Of a stretch of DNA of 43,573 nt, positions 24,501-36,934 are shown piece after piece (positions within the stretch are counted from its first letter, which is position 1; every line of letters begins with the position of its first letter). The translations under genes and the position numbers were made by a program. The notes under the pieces are model-generated. The model did not search any database. It saw only the letters and a program-made list of their open reading frames with translations, and had not been told where the DNA came from. The stretch spans positions 62,001 through 105,573 of the forward strand of contig KZ538222.1 in assembly GCA_000934665.2 (NCBI GenBank), in the 5' to 3' direction. The stretch is from Catajapyx aquilonaris. Its lineage: Eukaryota.

Positions 24501-26529
24501 CTTTCTTTTGGGTTAGCAGAAATATTGAGATGGAATATTTGCAAGGCTTTTTTTCCTGGTTCCTTCTCTCTCTCTCTTTTTTTTGTCTCCTCCACTCCCT
24601 TCCTCCCCATTTTCAATGTGTCTTTTGGGAACACTATTAGCCCAATCTGAGTAGCAGCGAAACGCCTGCTGGGCGCTGTGCCAGCCTCTTCTAAATTGAT
24701 CATTTTCAAAGAAGGTGCCTGGAATTTGCATCTCACCCTTCACCCTTTTCTACCCTATTTTCTTGCTGACGGTGACACAGCCATTCGCTATTTTCCAGCT
24801 AACTATACTGATTCACTTTTTCTAAAGGGACTTTTAGAATTTCGGAGAAATCACATTTGTGTGAAGTGATTGCAACTGAAATGTCAATCTGGAGTGTGTA
24901 TATTTAGGAGTTTTATTGTGCTTTAAGTGGTATGCTGCTTACTATAGAACAATTTTTTTCACGAATGAGATAACTGAAATTGCTTCTAAATCTTTGGAGC
25001 GATCTGCGCACACAGAGATCACCTTGGAATGCACTTGGAGACATGCTGATTGATAGTCCATAGTGAAAGTTGCTGTGTGACGCAGCAGAAATTTTTCCTA
25101 CATAAGTTTTTGGTGTATGTATTTGAAAGTGTCTAACTTGACCACCCAATGAAATTAATTAACTCTATTTTAATGTGTCTCGACTGGACAATTTCCCTTT
25201 TTATTTTCACAAGTTATGTGTGTAACGCTTCTTTCACGTGCTGATGTGACGATTGCGGGCTGCTTGTCATGTTGCTGGCTCAATGCACGTATTAGCTAGA
25301 GTTGTTCGACTTCTGGGATATCCTGTATACCTGAATGCAGAGTACATAAAAGAATCACAGATTCTGAGCTGTTGAAGGCTATAGTGGCATCTCTATATCG
25401 GACAAGCACAGAAACGCCATCTCAATTTACAATCGAAATCGATCCGACCCTGCAAGAACTGCCATATTCGAAGTGCATTTCAACTTGATAGTATCATAAT
25501 AATTAATCGAGATGTTGGAGCGATTAACGTGTCTGCAAGAGATAAGGCAGCTGGATGCACGGCATCATTTGATCCCCACAATCCGCACATGCGGTAATCC
25601 TGGGACATAGAAGGACCAGACATGCATCCAGATAAATTATGTTCCTCGGAAGACAAATACGGCCGTGCATCTCCGCGGATCAATTTGCATACGGCGAAGT
25701 GTTCCGGCGTCTCTAAAGGCTCGAAGGACGGGCATTCAAACGGATCATTACAGCAAGCATAACAGCTCTTTAAAATCTGACTACCGAGCAAATGGCATCC
25801 CGACTTGAACCCATTCAAACTTTACCGCGAGTCAAGTGAAACTAATCTCTGCTGACGTTTTCAAATCAGCAAGAGCTGGATAATACGCGAACTCTGGAAA
25901 TAGACCCAGAATTATTCTGTGTCAATCTTTGAATCCATTGTCTCCCAGGCCACAGCGGTTCGCAATGTTCGGGGGAAGATCTGGCCAAAAATCAGCTTAT
26001 ACGATGCGATATGTAGAGGTTAACATATGAACTCATTAGTAATGTAGGATAATTATGGACTGCAGTGCGATATCATCAGGGAATCAGATTCATTTTGCCA
26101 GCTGTACCTTACGGGGTGTCATATAATTAATCTTGGCTTTACATATTGAACACTTTAGTTTTCCGGAACCCCAATAGGTCCACTTTAGGAAGAGAATATT
26201 AAATTCGTAGTTTTCTCAAAATTTATTCGCCATTTGGAGGTTGGGGATAGGACTAATGGAGGCAGAGAAGAGGTTCTGTGGCCTACTTGGAATTTGAAGG
26301 GGACACCAGCCGCTCTAATGGTCCTACTGGGACGTAAATGAGTTGATGATTTCGATGATCAAGTGCTGCCAGAACAAATAATCAATACTACAGTGATTAG
26401 GGAAATTGTCAGAATTCAGGTTATAATGCGCTACATATTTGGCGATGCCTTAGTTCAGGATATCCGGAGTAATTTGGAAGGTTCCAATAAGGGCTTTGAT
26501 TCATTTGGACATAATGTGAAACCTACTTA

Positions 26530-27393
26530 CAAGGGAAGGCCGTGAAGTGGACACTAACGGATTTGGACAAAAATTGCTCAGTGGGTAAATCACATGCGTA
26601 GAATTCACTGGTGAACGTAAAAACACGCACTTCGCAGCTATTTTCGAGATATGAGTGACGTCAGATCCGGCGCGCTCAATAGTGCATCAGGCCACAGGAC
26701 ATTGAATTGCAGTATGTGCAGCCAAAAATAAAATCAGGTTAAGAACTTGACTAGAAAAAGACGGGAGGGAGAGGGGGACAAAACAAGCTTGGCAAATCAC
26801 GTGAGCGTGATTAGAATAGACTTTTTCTCATTATTTCAAGGATGAAACTTCATGCGTAATTTCCCCCCAAAGAAAGTAACATTGATGATGAAGTAGTCTA
26901 ATTCAAGTTAAATCGTACTAAATTTACAAATTGTTGTAACAAAAGATTAGAATCGAACCCCTCTTATCCTTCACGGGACTGGGGCATTGGTCTCAAACTC
27001 TGAAGTAAACTTGTGCGGATAGGGTGAATCCGGAAAACCGTAAATGGCGGGTCACCGGAAGTTGGCCATGACACCTATTTAGGTCACGTTTAATCCGAAT
27101 CCGAAAGTCGTTCGCCGCTGTCTGTTTCGGTTGAGGCCCAGATACCTGTCCACAGACGGACAGACAGAGCCGTTCTATAAGCCTTTTTTTCGATGATGAT
27201 AAAAAATCTAAAGAGGGAGGAAAACAGATGCACTATAATTATATTGAGCGCGCCGGATCTGACGTCACTCATATCTCGAAAATGGCTGCGAAGTGCGAGT
27301 TTTTACGTTCACCAATGAATTTGACGCAGGTGATTTACCCACTGAGCGATTTTTGTCCAAATCAGTTAGTACCCACTTCTCGGCCTTCCCTTG
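26530..27393. mobile_element. Non-autonomous DNA transposon with about 155-bp TIRs
   Basis: caagggaaggccg...tgacgtcagatccggcgcgctcaata mirrored at 27227-27393; TTA on both sides. Confidence 0.88.
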
Positions 27394-30300
27394 TTAGAGT
27401 TACTGGGCGGTGCAGAAGGGAAACAAGGAATACTGTAATTTTGAAAGTCAATCCCTACCGTATGTGTACTGTACTGATGGTAGAACTATTGATGATTTAC
27501 AACGATGGCCTAATTTTTTATGTATATTGTTCCTGCATAAAGGTTAACAATGTGCTCTAATAAGCACTGTTTATGACGTTAAAAGTACTGCCAAATTGGG
27601 TAAAGGGATTATATGTCCTTAATAAGTGCAAAATAATTTTTGTACCTAAATGGCTGTAATTAGATGTTACAGTTCAAACCTGTGAAGGTCATAATACATA
27701 TGCTGTGGATTGCCTATTGAATGTCGTGCATATTTTATTATTTGGATGCAATTTCGCAAAGGTCATACTTTCACACTTAAAAAATGTTCATCGTGTTTGC
27801 AGTGTTTAGTGGAACCTTTCATGACATCATACAGAATGTCAAGGGAGGAGTATGTGCGTAGGAGTAGCGGAACATGAAATAACGTTCCATATTTTTGATT
27901 AGCTCTCTAATCATTGCACATTAATGAAAATATGTGCTCATTAAAGGTAGGTCCAAGAATGTTATTGGACATTAATGGGGATGTGGATGAGTAGCATACC
28001 ATGCAGGTGCTTAAAGTCATCGAAGGCACATGCAGAAGGTCAATTTTATCGCCAAGGTCGTGCATTTCAGCACGTTCCACCAAGGTGTCTTCGATGACGG
28101 ATGTTCTGGCACCCCAAAGGAGTCATTCGTAGTGAAAAGAATGTTAGGTAATGCACTTTTGACGTGCTTGTAATTAGCATGAATGCATTATAATTATATG
28201 CAGGGGCTAATGAGCTCAGCGAGTAATAGTCTCATTTATACACATTCTGGTCTTTGAGAGCTTTAATATTAAGCCTATGTCATAGCCTTAAGGGATACCT
28301 CACTAGAGTGCAAGAATTGCAATCACATGCATATTCATATAAAAATATCTACCTCAATCATAGGTCTGTATATAGACATGATCAGGTAATGTCTGTAACT
28401 TTTCCAGACAGCATAAATGCGACGACTGAAATTGCTGGAGGCAACCTAGCTATACTGTTTCCTGTAGATGGATGCATCTTAAATAGTACCAGGGAACTCA
28501 TAACACCGACTTGGGTCACTACCCGGGTCAAGTGGCTCATATGCTTAAATTTCTTGGCTTCATTTCTGCCTCCATTAAATAAGCAACCCGGTGTGACATT
28601 ACATGTGTAGTTGACTGGCAGAACCGTCTGGGAACCCGTGAAATGCTCTTACATTATAATTAGTGGACCTCATACATCTTGGGCGTGTGTCCCATGACAG
28701 AGTTTCCGCTTCCCTCCCTCTTGGCGCCTGTTCTCACTCGTGAATGACCCCGCTGTATTATTAATCCACCCGTACAATACCCAAGCCATCCCCACTGCAC
28801 ACACTGACGAACCTTCACACCCAGAACCGTATTTGAAACCATGCCACCGTTACCCAAATTCATCTTGCGCATGATGAAACTCATCACACTCGAGGCCGAT
28901 CAGGTCATTTTTTCGCCGACAAACAAATAGCTGTATTTGTACTGTACTGCTTATGTAGCAGATTGGTACGCTTCAGTAAGATGATATTATTCGGTATTGC
29001 GCAGCAGTAGGGCTGCAATTTTGCGGCAATATTAGTTTTCACGGTCAACTGCGTCTTTCCCTTGAAATTATTTTTCAACTGCGTGACATTTTAGCCGAAA
29101 CGGATGTTACAGGATGCGGCTATTTTTGGTTTATTTACGTAGAGATAAAATGTATGTCATAGTGCGCAGAACATACGTTTGATATCTAGGAATTGGATTT
29201 TTATATACTGTAGTTGGAACATTCAAAACAATGGGTAAAGGCCAACTGAATTTTGATCGTGAGTTCATTGCTTCAGAGTCATCTGCGATATAATTATGAT
29301 CAAATGTGACATCTGGACATGCCAGCAATTTCAATATACATGGCTTTCAAGATGTTTTTTTTTTTTGTAGAGATCTAGGCATTTTATCATAAATACGCCA
29401 TGGATATAGAGACCAAGAAACCGGCCAGCGTATAGGATGCCATCGGGAAGAGGAAATTTCATTGGATTATAAATGGAAAGGGATGCGATTGTTTATGCAT
29501 GTAGAAAGCACTAGAAATAGCTCAGTGAAATTAATGGAGCATCAGAGAAACACTCCAACAAAAAATGGACCAAGGAAATCCAAACCGACTCAACTCCAGA
29601 CGGAAAAGGTATGGCACTTGAGCACTTGTTGCACTGAGTCATGGGAAAACTTATGCAAGGAAGTATGGTACATTGGTAACATTTTCTGGGAAGTTTCGTC
29701 TGTCTATTTCACACCCAGCTACATGGACGTCACGCCTGTGGGACACGGTTACTGTATTGTCGTGTAATATGGTTATGGGCGTGTCAGACACTTGTATAGG
29801 AAAAGATTGAGGCATGTATGTATTTTTAAATTATTATTTTATTATAACTTGTTGAAATTGCAAAGCTAATTTTGGGAGACCAGTAATTTGCTATTCCATT
29901 TTCGAAACCTCGGGACAATTGCTCCACCGAACTCTCACAAAGCCAGTCACTTTCGTCAATAAAGAAGAAGAAGAAAAAAAATAGGCAGCTTTTACACCCA
30001 CGGAACGTTTGATGTTTGCCTCACAATGGATTCAAACGGTTGTCCGTGGTTTTTCGAACGGAACTACCAGTGTTGTTTTCAAGAAATAATATTATCGTGT
30101 CAAAGGAAAATTGAAAAATTTTCTCAAACTTATCCTCATGTAGTCGTGCTATATCTATACGACATCGACATGAAGAAGCAAGTGGTAAGGAACAATACAT
30201 GTTTATAGGCTCTTATTTATTGCTTTTACAAGTACAGGTTTTATTGGCAGGTACAGGTATAATTGGCAAATGCATGTGGCCCATTTTAAATAAAACTACC

Positions 30301-30955
30301 GTAGTTATAGTGCTTCAATCTTAGGCATTTTTTTTTTTTTTTTGCACTTTGAAATGTCGCACTGAGTCGACTCGTGCAGGACATATATTACACGTTTGGA
30401 ACACATTTGTGCCGAATATTGTCATCATTATGCTCTTTTGTCGTAATTGATGAACATATCAATACGTAGGCCTACAAAAATGCAGTCAATTCTTCTCTGG
30501 CTCCGTGAATTGAATGCTGTAATTAATCGCACTTTCTGTCTAGTGGGACGTCATTTGAAAGCCCCGAGTGTAAACAATCAAGGTTACCAATTGCGGTGAG
30601 ACTGAAAGCCGGGTTCGATATGAGGTTCGGCTAAGCCCTATTTGCATATTCTGCGAACCTGCATGTGAGCTGGGGGGCGCTTCATATTTGGCTTGGACTG
30701 GTGGTTTAAAAGTGAAGCCCTTAGTGGCCATATGCTCAACAGATCTTGAGAATGCGTAGTATAGTCTGAATAAGATAAGCATTACAGTCGCATCAGTGAC
30801 ACCAGACTATACTATAAACTTGTTTATTTCGCAAAATTTTCGCAATTTTGCCATAAACAGGTTATATTATATTGAGATTCATGCATTATAATGTTCACTC
30901 AAACTTCGCCTCAGATTTTGCTGTTGAAAGTGCACTGATGATGTCTGGTCTATAC

Positions 30956-31053
30956 ATGTTTATATCAGGCGTAATATGCTTTCATGGGTGCCTAATCACA
31001 CCTATAGATGTGAATAGGCACCCATGAAAGCATATTACGCCTCAGATAAACAT
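30956..31053. repeat. About 98-bp near-perfect palindrome
   Basis: 28-bp perfect arms 30967-30994 / 31015-31042, centre ctatag. Confidence 0.9.
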
Positions 31054-32157
31054 ATAATTTTGCGAGGCATATTTACAGTGGATTCATGCCAGTACCCCGA
31101 ATTGAATGCTTCTAAGATGGAAAGCCGGATATGCACTAGACCTATTGCCTGAACCTGCACAAGGGCCAAAATTGCATTCAGGGTGTGAGTTAGAGAAGGC
31201 TTGTTTAAAACTTGAAAATACCCTTACCCTCGGAACAAGCGAATCTGTTGTGGGAGCGTTGTGGCAATCCCACGTCTATTCTTGCAGGCTCTATACGGCC
31301 CGTATTTCATTTCAGGCGTTCAGTAGCCTCGCTGAATTTCCTATACTGTGCTTATTTCCTTTTTTACTGAAAAAAAGAGTGGGAGGTTGGGTGTTCTTGG
31401 AGGAAACATGGGAGTTGTTCTGCTTTGTCTTCGTCAGGTGCGTTTGAAAGGCTGGATCGGAAAACCAGCATTGACTGCCAGCTTTCGGGTGGCTGGGAGG
31501 ATAACTTTATTTGGACCAGCTTTGAAAATCTGCCATGCCTGTTTATACCTTGATATGAAATGCGACGTTATTGATTGCGGAAATTTTTTTTTCCCTCCTT
31601 CCCTCACCCAATGCGCTGTGGAATAAAAATCCTTCAGTTTTTTGCATCTCGAATAAATTAATTTGACTTGAAAGCCTCTCGCAACAGGGACTGAATGATA
31701 CGTGGGCGCATGCGTTTCCCTGTAGTATACCTTTGAAACACTGGCTTGAATTCAGCATTTGGTGGAGAGATTTTTTTTTTTCTTTCCATCTTCCAAGTTA
31801 TTACGTTCAAGATCTTTTGAATGGTTGCAACCTTTTGAAAGACTGGAATGTATCGGGCAGATTCAATCATTGCTTCTGCGGAGATGAATTCAGGCCTGCA
31901 CAGGAAGGCAGCATAAGTATAGTGACTAAGATTGTCAGTACTTTTCCTTTTTATATCGAATTTTTTTGGGGATAGCTTTACCGAGGTAATAACCTTGCTT
32001 AATCACAGTTTTAATGTGACTGATTTTGATCCTGTAATGTAAGACTAATTGCATTTGATAGGCTGCTTAATATCGTTAATGGTTGCGACAGAACGAGAGA
32101 GAGCCGCAAATATAAGCACCTGTCAGATGAAAAGATTTTCATTCCGATTCTATTGAT

Positions 32158-32435
32158 TTTTTATTTTATTTTACCCCGTGATTCTCCGGTACAAGGAAAC
32201 AGGGACAGTGGGAACGGATATAGGGATTTTTGGGGAGGGAACATGGGTGCAAGGTGCAATGTCATAGCTATGGGTCATGTGCTCTTCCCCAGGAGGTTAG
32301 GTTGCCAGACACCTCCTTGGTGCAGGTCAGAGACCCTCCTGACGCAGGTGAAGGGAAAGTTCCCCAAGCGGGGATCGAACCTGTGGCCTTTCACTCAGCA
32401 AGCCGAGACTTTACCATCTCGGCCACCACACCTCC
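32158..32435 (-). mobile_element. tRNA-derived SINE family C, full length
   Basis: A box tggccgagatgg, B box ggttcgatccc; (TAAAA)n tail; 14-bp TSD ccgattctattgat (32144-32157, 32436-32449). Confidence 0.88.
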
Positions 32436-32710
32436 CCGATTCTATTGATATGTACTGTATCAGAGTTTTTAAAAAGAGAGTTTCGGACTTTTGCAGTTTG
32501 TCGACGATATACCTACACTTGCAGTACAGTATACTGTGCAATACTTGCAGAGATTGCTTCACATTTCCACATCTGTATAGGCCCAATTCATAGCGTATAA
32601 TATAGGACCTAGCCTAACTAACGAATTATGTATATTTCTATAATGTGTACGTGTACTTGAAGATAGGAGTGGGGGTGGTGAGTCAAAATTGATATGGTCT
32701 CGCAATTCAT

Positions 32711-32932
32711 GGGGGACACGGTGGCGGAGGGGTTAGCGTCGCAGCCTTCCACCTCGAAGGTCCCGAGTTCGATCCTCGGATCGGGCAGAGGATACTTATG
32801 TGGATAGAGTTTCGATGGGTTCTCCCGTTTCCTCCCACTATCAGAATCCATCACATTACAGGCAAATTATTAAAGTCGGTGAATTAAAAGATGATCCCCT
32901 AAAAAGCCCAAGGAGGCTTATCACGGGGTATC

Positions 32933-32996
<64 letters not shown>
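32711..32996 (+). mobile_element. tRNA-derived SINE family D
   Basis: A box tggcggagggg, B box agttcgatcc; (TTA)n tail; imperfect TSD gtctcgc(a/t)att. Confidence 0.85.
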
Positions 32997-35900
32997 GTCT
33001 CGCTATTCCACGAATGCACGGGAAGTTTAACTGTTGTCATGGGGTAAGTTTTTGTCAGCCTCTTCGATATTGGTTAGAACCGTAAGTTAACCTGCCAACG
33101 TCCAAACTTACAATGCAATCCTGTAATACACGGATTATATGATGATCTGTACCTCTAAGGTTGAAACGGAGTTATGGAAACCAATTATGGAGGCCAATTG
33201 ACACCTGTCCTGATCCCATACTCTGGTTGGCTTATCACCAAGGTATTATATTGCAGCACATAACCAAATTCTATTAATCAATACGAAAGTTCTGGAAGAT
33301 CCGTTCCGACTTACGCTGGTGTAATGCTGGACATGAAATTTCCACACGTATACCACTAAAATTATGAAATTCTCAAAAGCCGAAATCCGACGTGCCTGGA
33401 CAGTTCTAAGCGCATTATCTGCGATAACTAGAAATGCCTCAGCATCGGCATATTGGCTGCCTCCTATTGCGCAGCAAGTCATATAGCATCGTGATCGTTA
33501 CGTAAGCATGAAATCCAGCAGCCATCTAAAGAAGAAGAATACGATGCAGAGGCGACAGGGCCTGCTTTCGAATTGGGTAACGTGTCGTCACCGGCAAACT
33601 GTATGCTTGGAGCAACAAACTCCCCAAACTTTGCCACCTACCCTCCCTTCCCTGCTTTTAGTCTTCCTCCTGCATGCCTAAAATTGGCTTCCCCATAGTT
33701 ACATACCCCTGGCATTCCTGGGAAGATGGCCAAGACCACCACTACTCTTTTTTGTTTTGTGTACGTTTGTTCGCGCCTCTGCCGGTGGAAGACTGGACTA
33801 GTGGAGTGACGGTGCAGAAATGATGGCATTAAAATTTGCGAAAGGTTGGCAAGGGAGGCGTTGAACCCTAATGAAACAGTCGGAACGAAGTGTCCGTTAT
33901 TGTTATTCTTTTTCTCTGACTCCTCTTGCCTTTTCCCCAGCCGGGTCTTTGCATGAGAATGCCTTTATTTTGGAAGTAATAGTCACTTGCCAGGCGTTTC
34001 CTTTCGGCGGAAGGCGGAGATGCACCCGAGTTCATCTCTACATAAATTATGCATAATCAGCGACAGGGACTTCTTATATGAAGCGAAATAGGCTTGGGTT
34101 TCACGGATGTTGGCATATATTGATGAGTATATTAAGGTTAGAGAGGAACCCGTTTGCTTACCTGTACAGTACCTGTACGGCAATCAAACCGCATAAACTG
34201 CAGGAACTGAGGAAACCCAGTAGAAAATTGAGAATCAGAGTACGTGAATGCGATTTGGCTGTAGTAACTATATCGTGTGTGAGGCAATTAAAGCGGAGTA
34301 GAAGTACGTTTGTATGGAGTCTAAATGACAAGATCATTCAGCAAACTCAATTTTAATGAGGCATTTCAGAGAATTTAGTAACATAGGATGCTTGATTTTT
34401 GTGCACGATATTTTGGGAAGGGGATGAGTGACTGAAGATCTGTTTATACCTAACGATGCGGAAGGAGAAGGTGCTCCCTTTTCCGTTAATAACTCCATTT
34501 CGTCAAAGTTCACTCATTTTCGTAGACTCGACTTTCAATTTGCATTTTCTATACCATGTAAGTAGGAGATATTGTTCAAGTTTTTGAATAAGCCCTTACT
34601 GATCACCACTCGACTACTTCATAGTTCTGCTTTATTGTGACACTTGGACTCGGTCTTGTTAGGATATGCCATATAATGTAGGTTATGTTGGGCCGGTTTT
34701 TATACATATACAGTATATATGATACGACCGCGTTAGTAGTAGGCATTTGAACTGCAATGTCTCGTTATCCTATACGCGTCGCTATCACTAGCAAGGAGGG
34801 TTAGTTTCGGGGGGGGGGGGGGGGGNGGGGGATTTTTATGCAAAGTTGAGGCTGACATTATTTTTTATGATATCTTCATTGACCGAAACAGAGGGTGACC
34901 GTGGAAATGGCTGCTGGTCGATGTAGTCCAAGGAATCTTGGTATACGCTGTATAATGCATTCATTGAGCTTGAACGTCTATTGAAAGGACCTGCTCGGTG
35001 TGAAGCTACCCGTGACGCAATTCCAAAGACTGATGATCATGGCTTGTTATTTTTAAGGAAGCAAAGAAGTTTCTCCGCGAGATAAACTGTGTGAAGTAAC
35101 TTCTGAAAAACTCTTTGTTTACCTAGCCGCAGTTAACTGCTTTCTTTGATGGAACGCACGCGTTTCATCGCAATCCCCCGGCAAAGTCGCATTTGAAGAT
35201 TTCATTTTTGTGCAGCTAGGCCATCACCAATGGCAACTCACGGAATGCCTGCATTGCAAAGCCTCAATCTACCGTTTTGTCTGAATCAATTCTGTCCTTC
35301 TGTAGCCCACAGCAAGCCTCCGAATTCACCGACTCTTTGATGCGAACGGAAGTTGTGATTGAATCGTTAGTCGCCTTGGAACCTTTCCATGGATATCCTG
35401 AAGTGGGAGGGGTTGATCTCCCCCAAGCCCTGACTAACCCATGTTTGTTACCGCCGAGGTGCACCGGAAGAGAGGTCCCAAATTGCATGCTCAGTCTGTT
35501 CGTTAGGTCCCTGATTCATAGCGTCCAATGGGACGTGGAAAAGACCGGAAGAAAAGGTGGTCGTAAACGCAGCTGCGATTGATTCGATTTGTAGACCACT
35601 AAACGACCCTTGGAAGTGGAGCCTGCTGATTGATTGATTGATTGATTACGACGCACTTGTTTGAGTTTGCCGCCCTTTTATCCGGGGGACCCCCAAAGTC
35701 TTCCCCCAGTAGATTCTCTCGCTGGGCCCTCTCCTTTTTGTTTATTTGCGCAATGCTTAACTGCGCTTACACGAAGCGACTTTGGCTTTCATCCTAGGCA
35801 CACCCTCCCCAAACACTGTGTTCCGTTTCCTTTACGACTCATTCCTTGTTTGCTCGCTTCAGCTATATGTGCAGGACCAGACATGGCCGGCCGAGATTTC

Positions 35901-36008
35901 TTTGCACATATGTTTGCGGATGTCATACTGTGTTGTCGCTCTTCCAATGCTTTCTGCTCGGGGTGCTCCTGCTTGTGAGGTTAGGCTTTTAGGCACCGGG
36001 CAGGAGGT

Positions 36009-36056
36009 GGAGTTTCGCCAGTGCTAACGGCGCGCCGTTAGCACTGGCGAAACTCC
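36009..36056. repeat. Perfect 48-bp palindrome
   Basis: ggagtttcgccagtgctaacggcg|cgccgttagcactggcgaaactcc. Confidence 0.95.
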
Positions 36057-36592
36057 CGTTCTGGAGTGTTTCGGGGCTTCTGGAAAGCGCGACACCCATT
36101 TGCCCCGCCAAAATGCTCACCTTGTTCACACTACATTAATAGAGTGGACAGTAGGCACTTACCCACATGATTTTCAGGATTTTTAAGATGAAGAAACAGT
36201 TTTATGTGCGGTAATTTGCATGCAATGGTAACAAGATTGCATGTAATTAATTCAGTTGCGAATGGGGACTAGAGGAATTCAAGGTGAAGGAATTCAAAGA
36301 TGCGGAAAATTGAAGTCGTAGAGTACCAATATAATGGGATTGGGAGGTGGTGTGATAAGCGATACTGCACCGATATGAGCAAAAGTTAGAGCATGATAAA
36401 AGAGTAAGTACCCAAGAAATTAACGACAACGGCTACGTAGCAATAAAACAACACGAAATGTAATGTACTTACGGCACAATATTATAGCGGAAACTGTTGC
36501 TGACATTTACGAATATGTGACCGCGATAATGTTGTGTCAGTACATGCACCACATGTACGATACTTACGCATAAGAGGAGATTTCCATAACTT

Positions 36593-36934
36593 TAAAATAT
36601 AGGGTTTAGTGCACCTCCCATGGGCATCGGCACAGTACCTTTATTTTGCTGTGTTTTACATGCTAGTACAGGTGGACCTTTAACCGTAACGCCCGGGTAT
36701 CGCGAGCGATAGGGAGGATAACGGGAAGGGATGTGCAAGTGCAGTGCAATAACATATGTGGTCATTTTGTGAGCTCCCCTGGGTGGTTTAGTCTATCAGA
36801 AATACCACCCGAGACGAAGTCAGAGATGGCCCTAAGCTCTGCACGAGATGAAGGGGGTGTCCCCGGGTGGGATTTGATCCCGGGACCTTAACATCCGTGG
36901 GCGCATACGTTACCGCAGCGCCACTTCGCCTCCC
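36593..36934 (-). mobile_element. SINE family A, copy 5
   Basis: Shared head and core; 3' part resembles copy 1; degenerate TSD gagatttccataactt / gagacttacataactt. Confidence 0.88.

Noticed and set aside
25790..25815. KWHPDLNP, DnaJ HPD-like motif on the + strand
   Set aside because: Flanked by stops with no other J-domain similarity
25480..25818. Cys-rich 112-aa minus-strand ORF, superficially Ly6/three-finger-like (CYACC..DPF)
   Set aside because: Non-ATG start, cysteine spacing does not fit, no signal exon or clear splice sites; BLASTX would settle it
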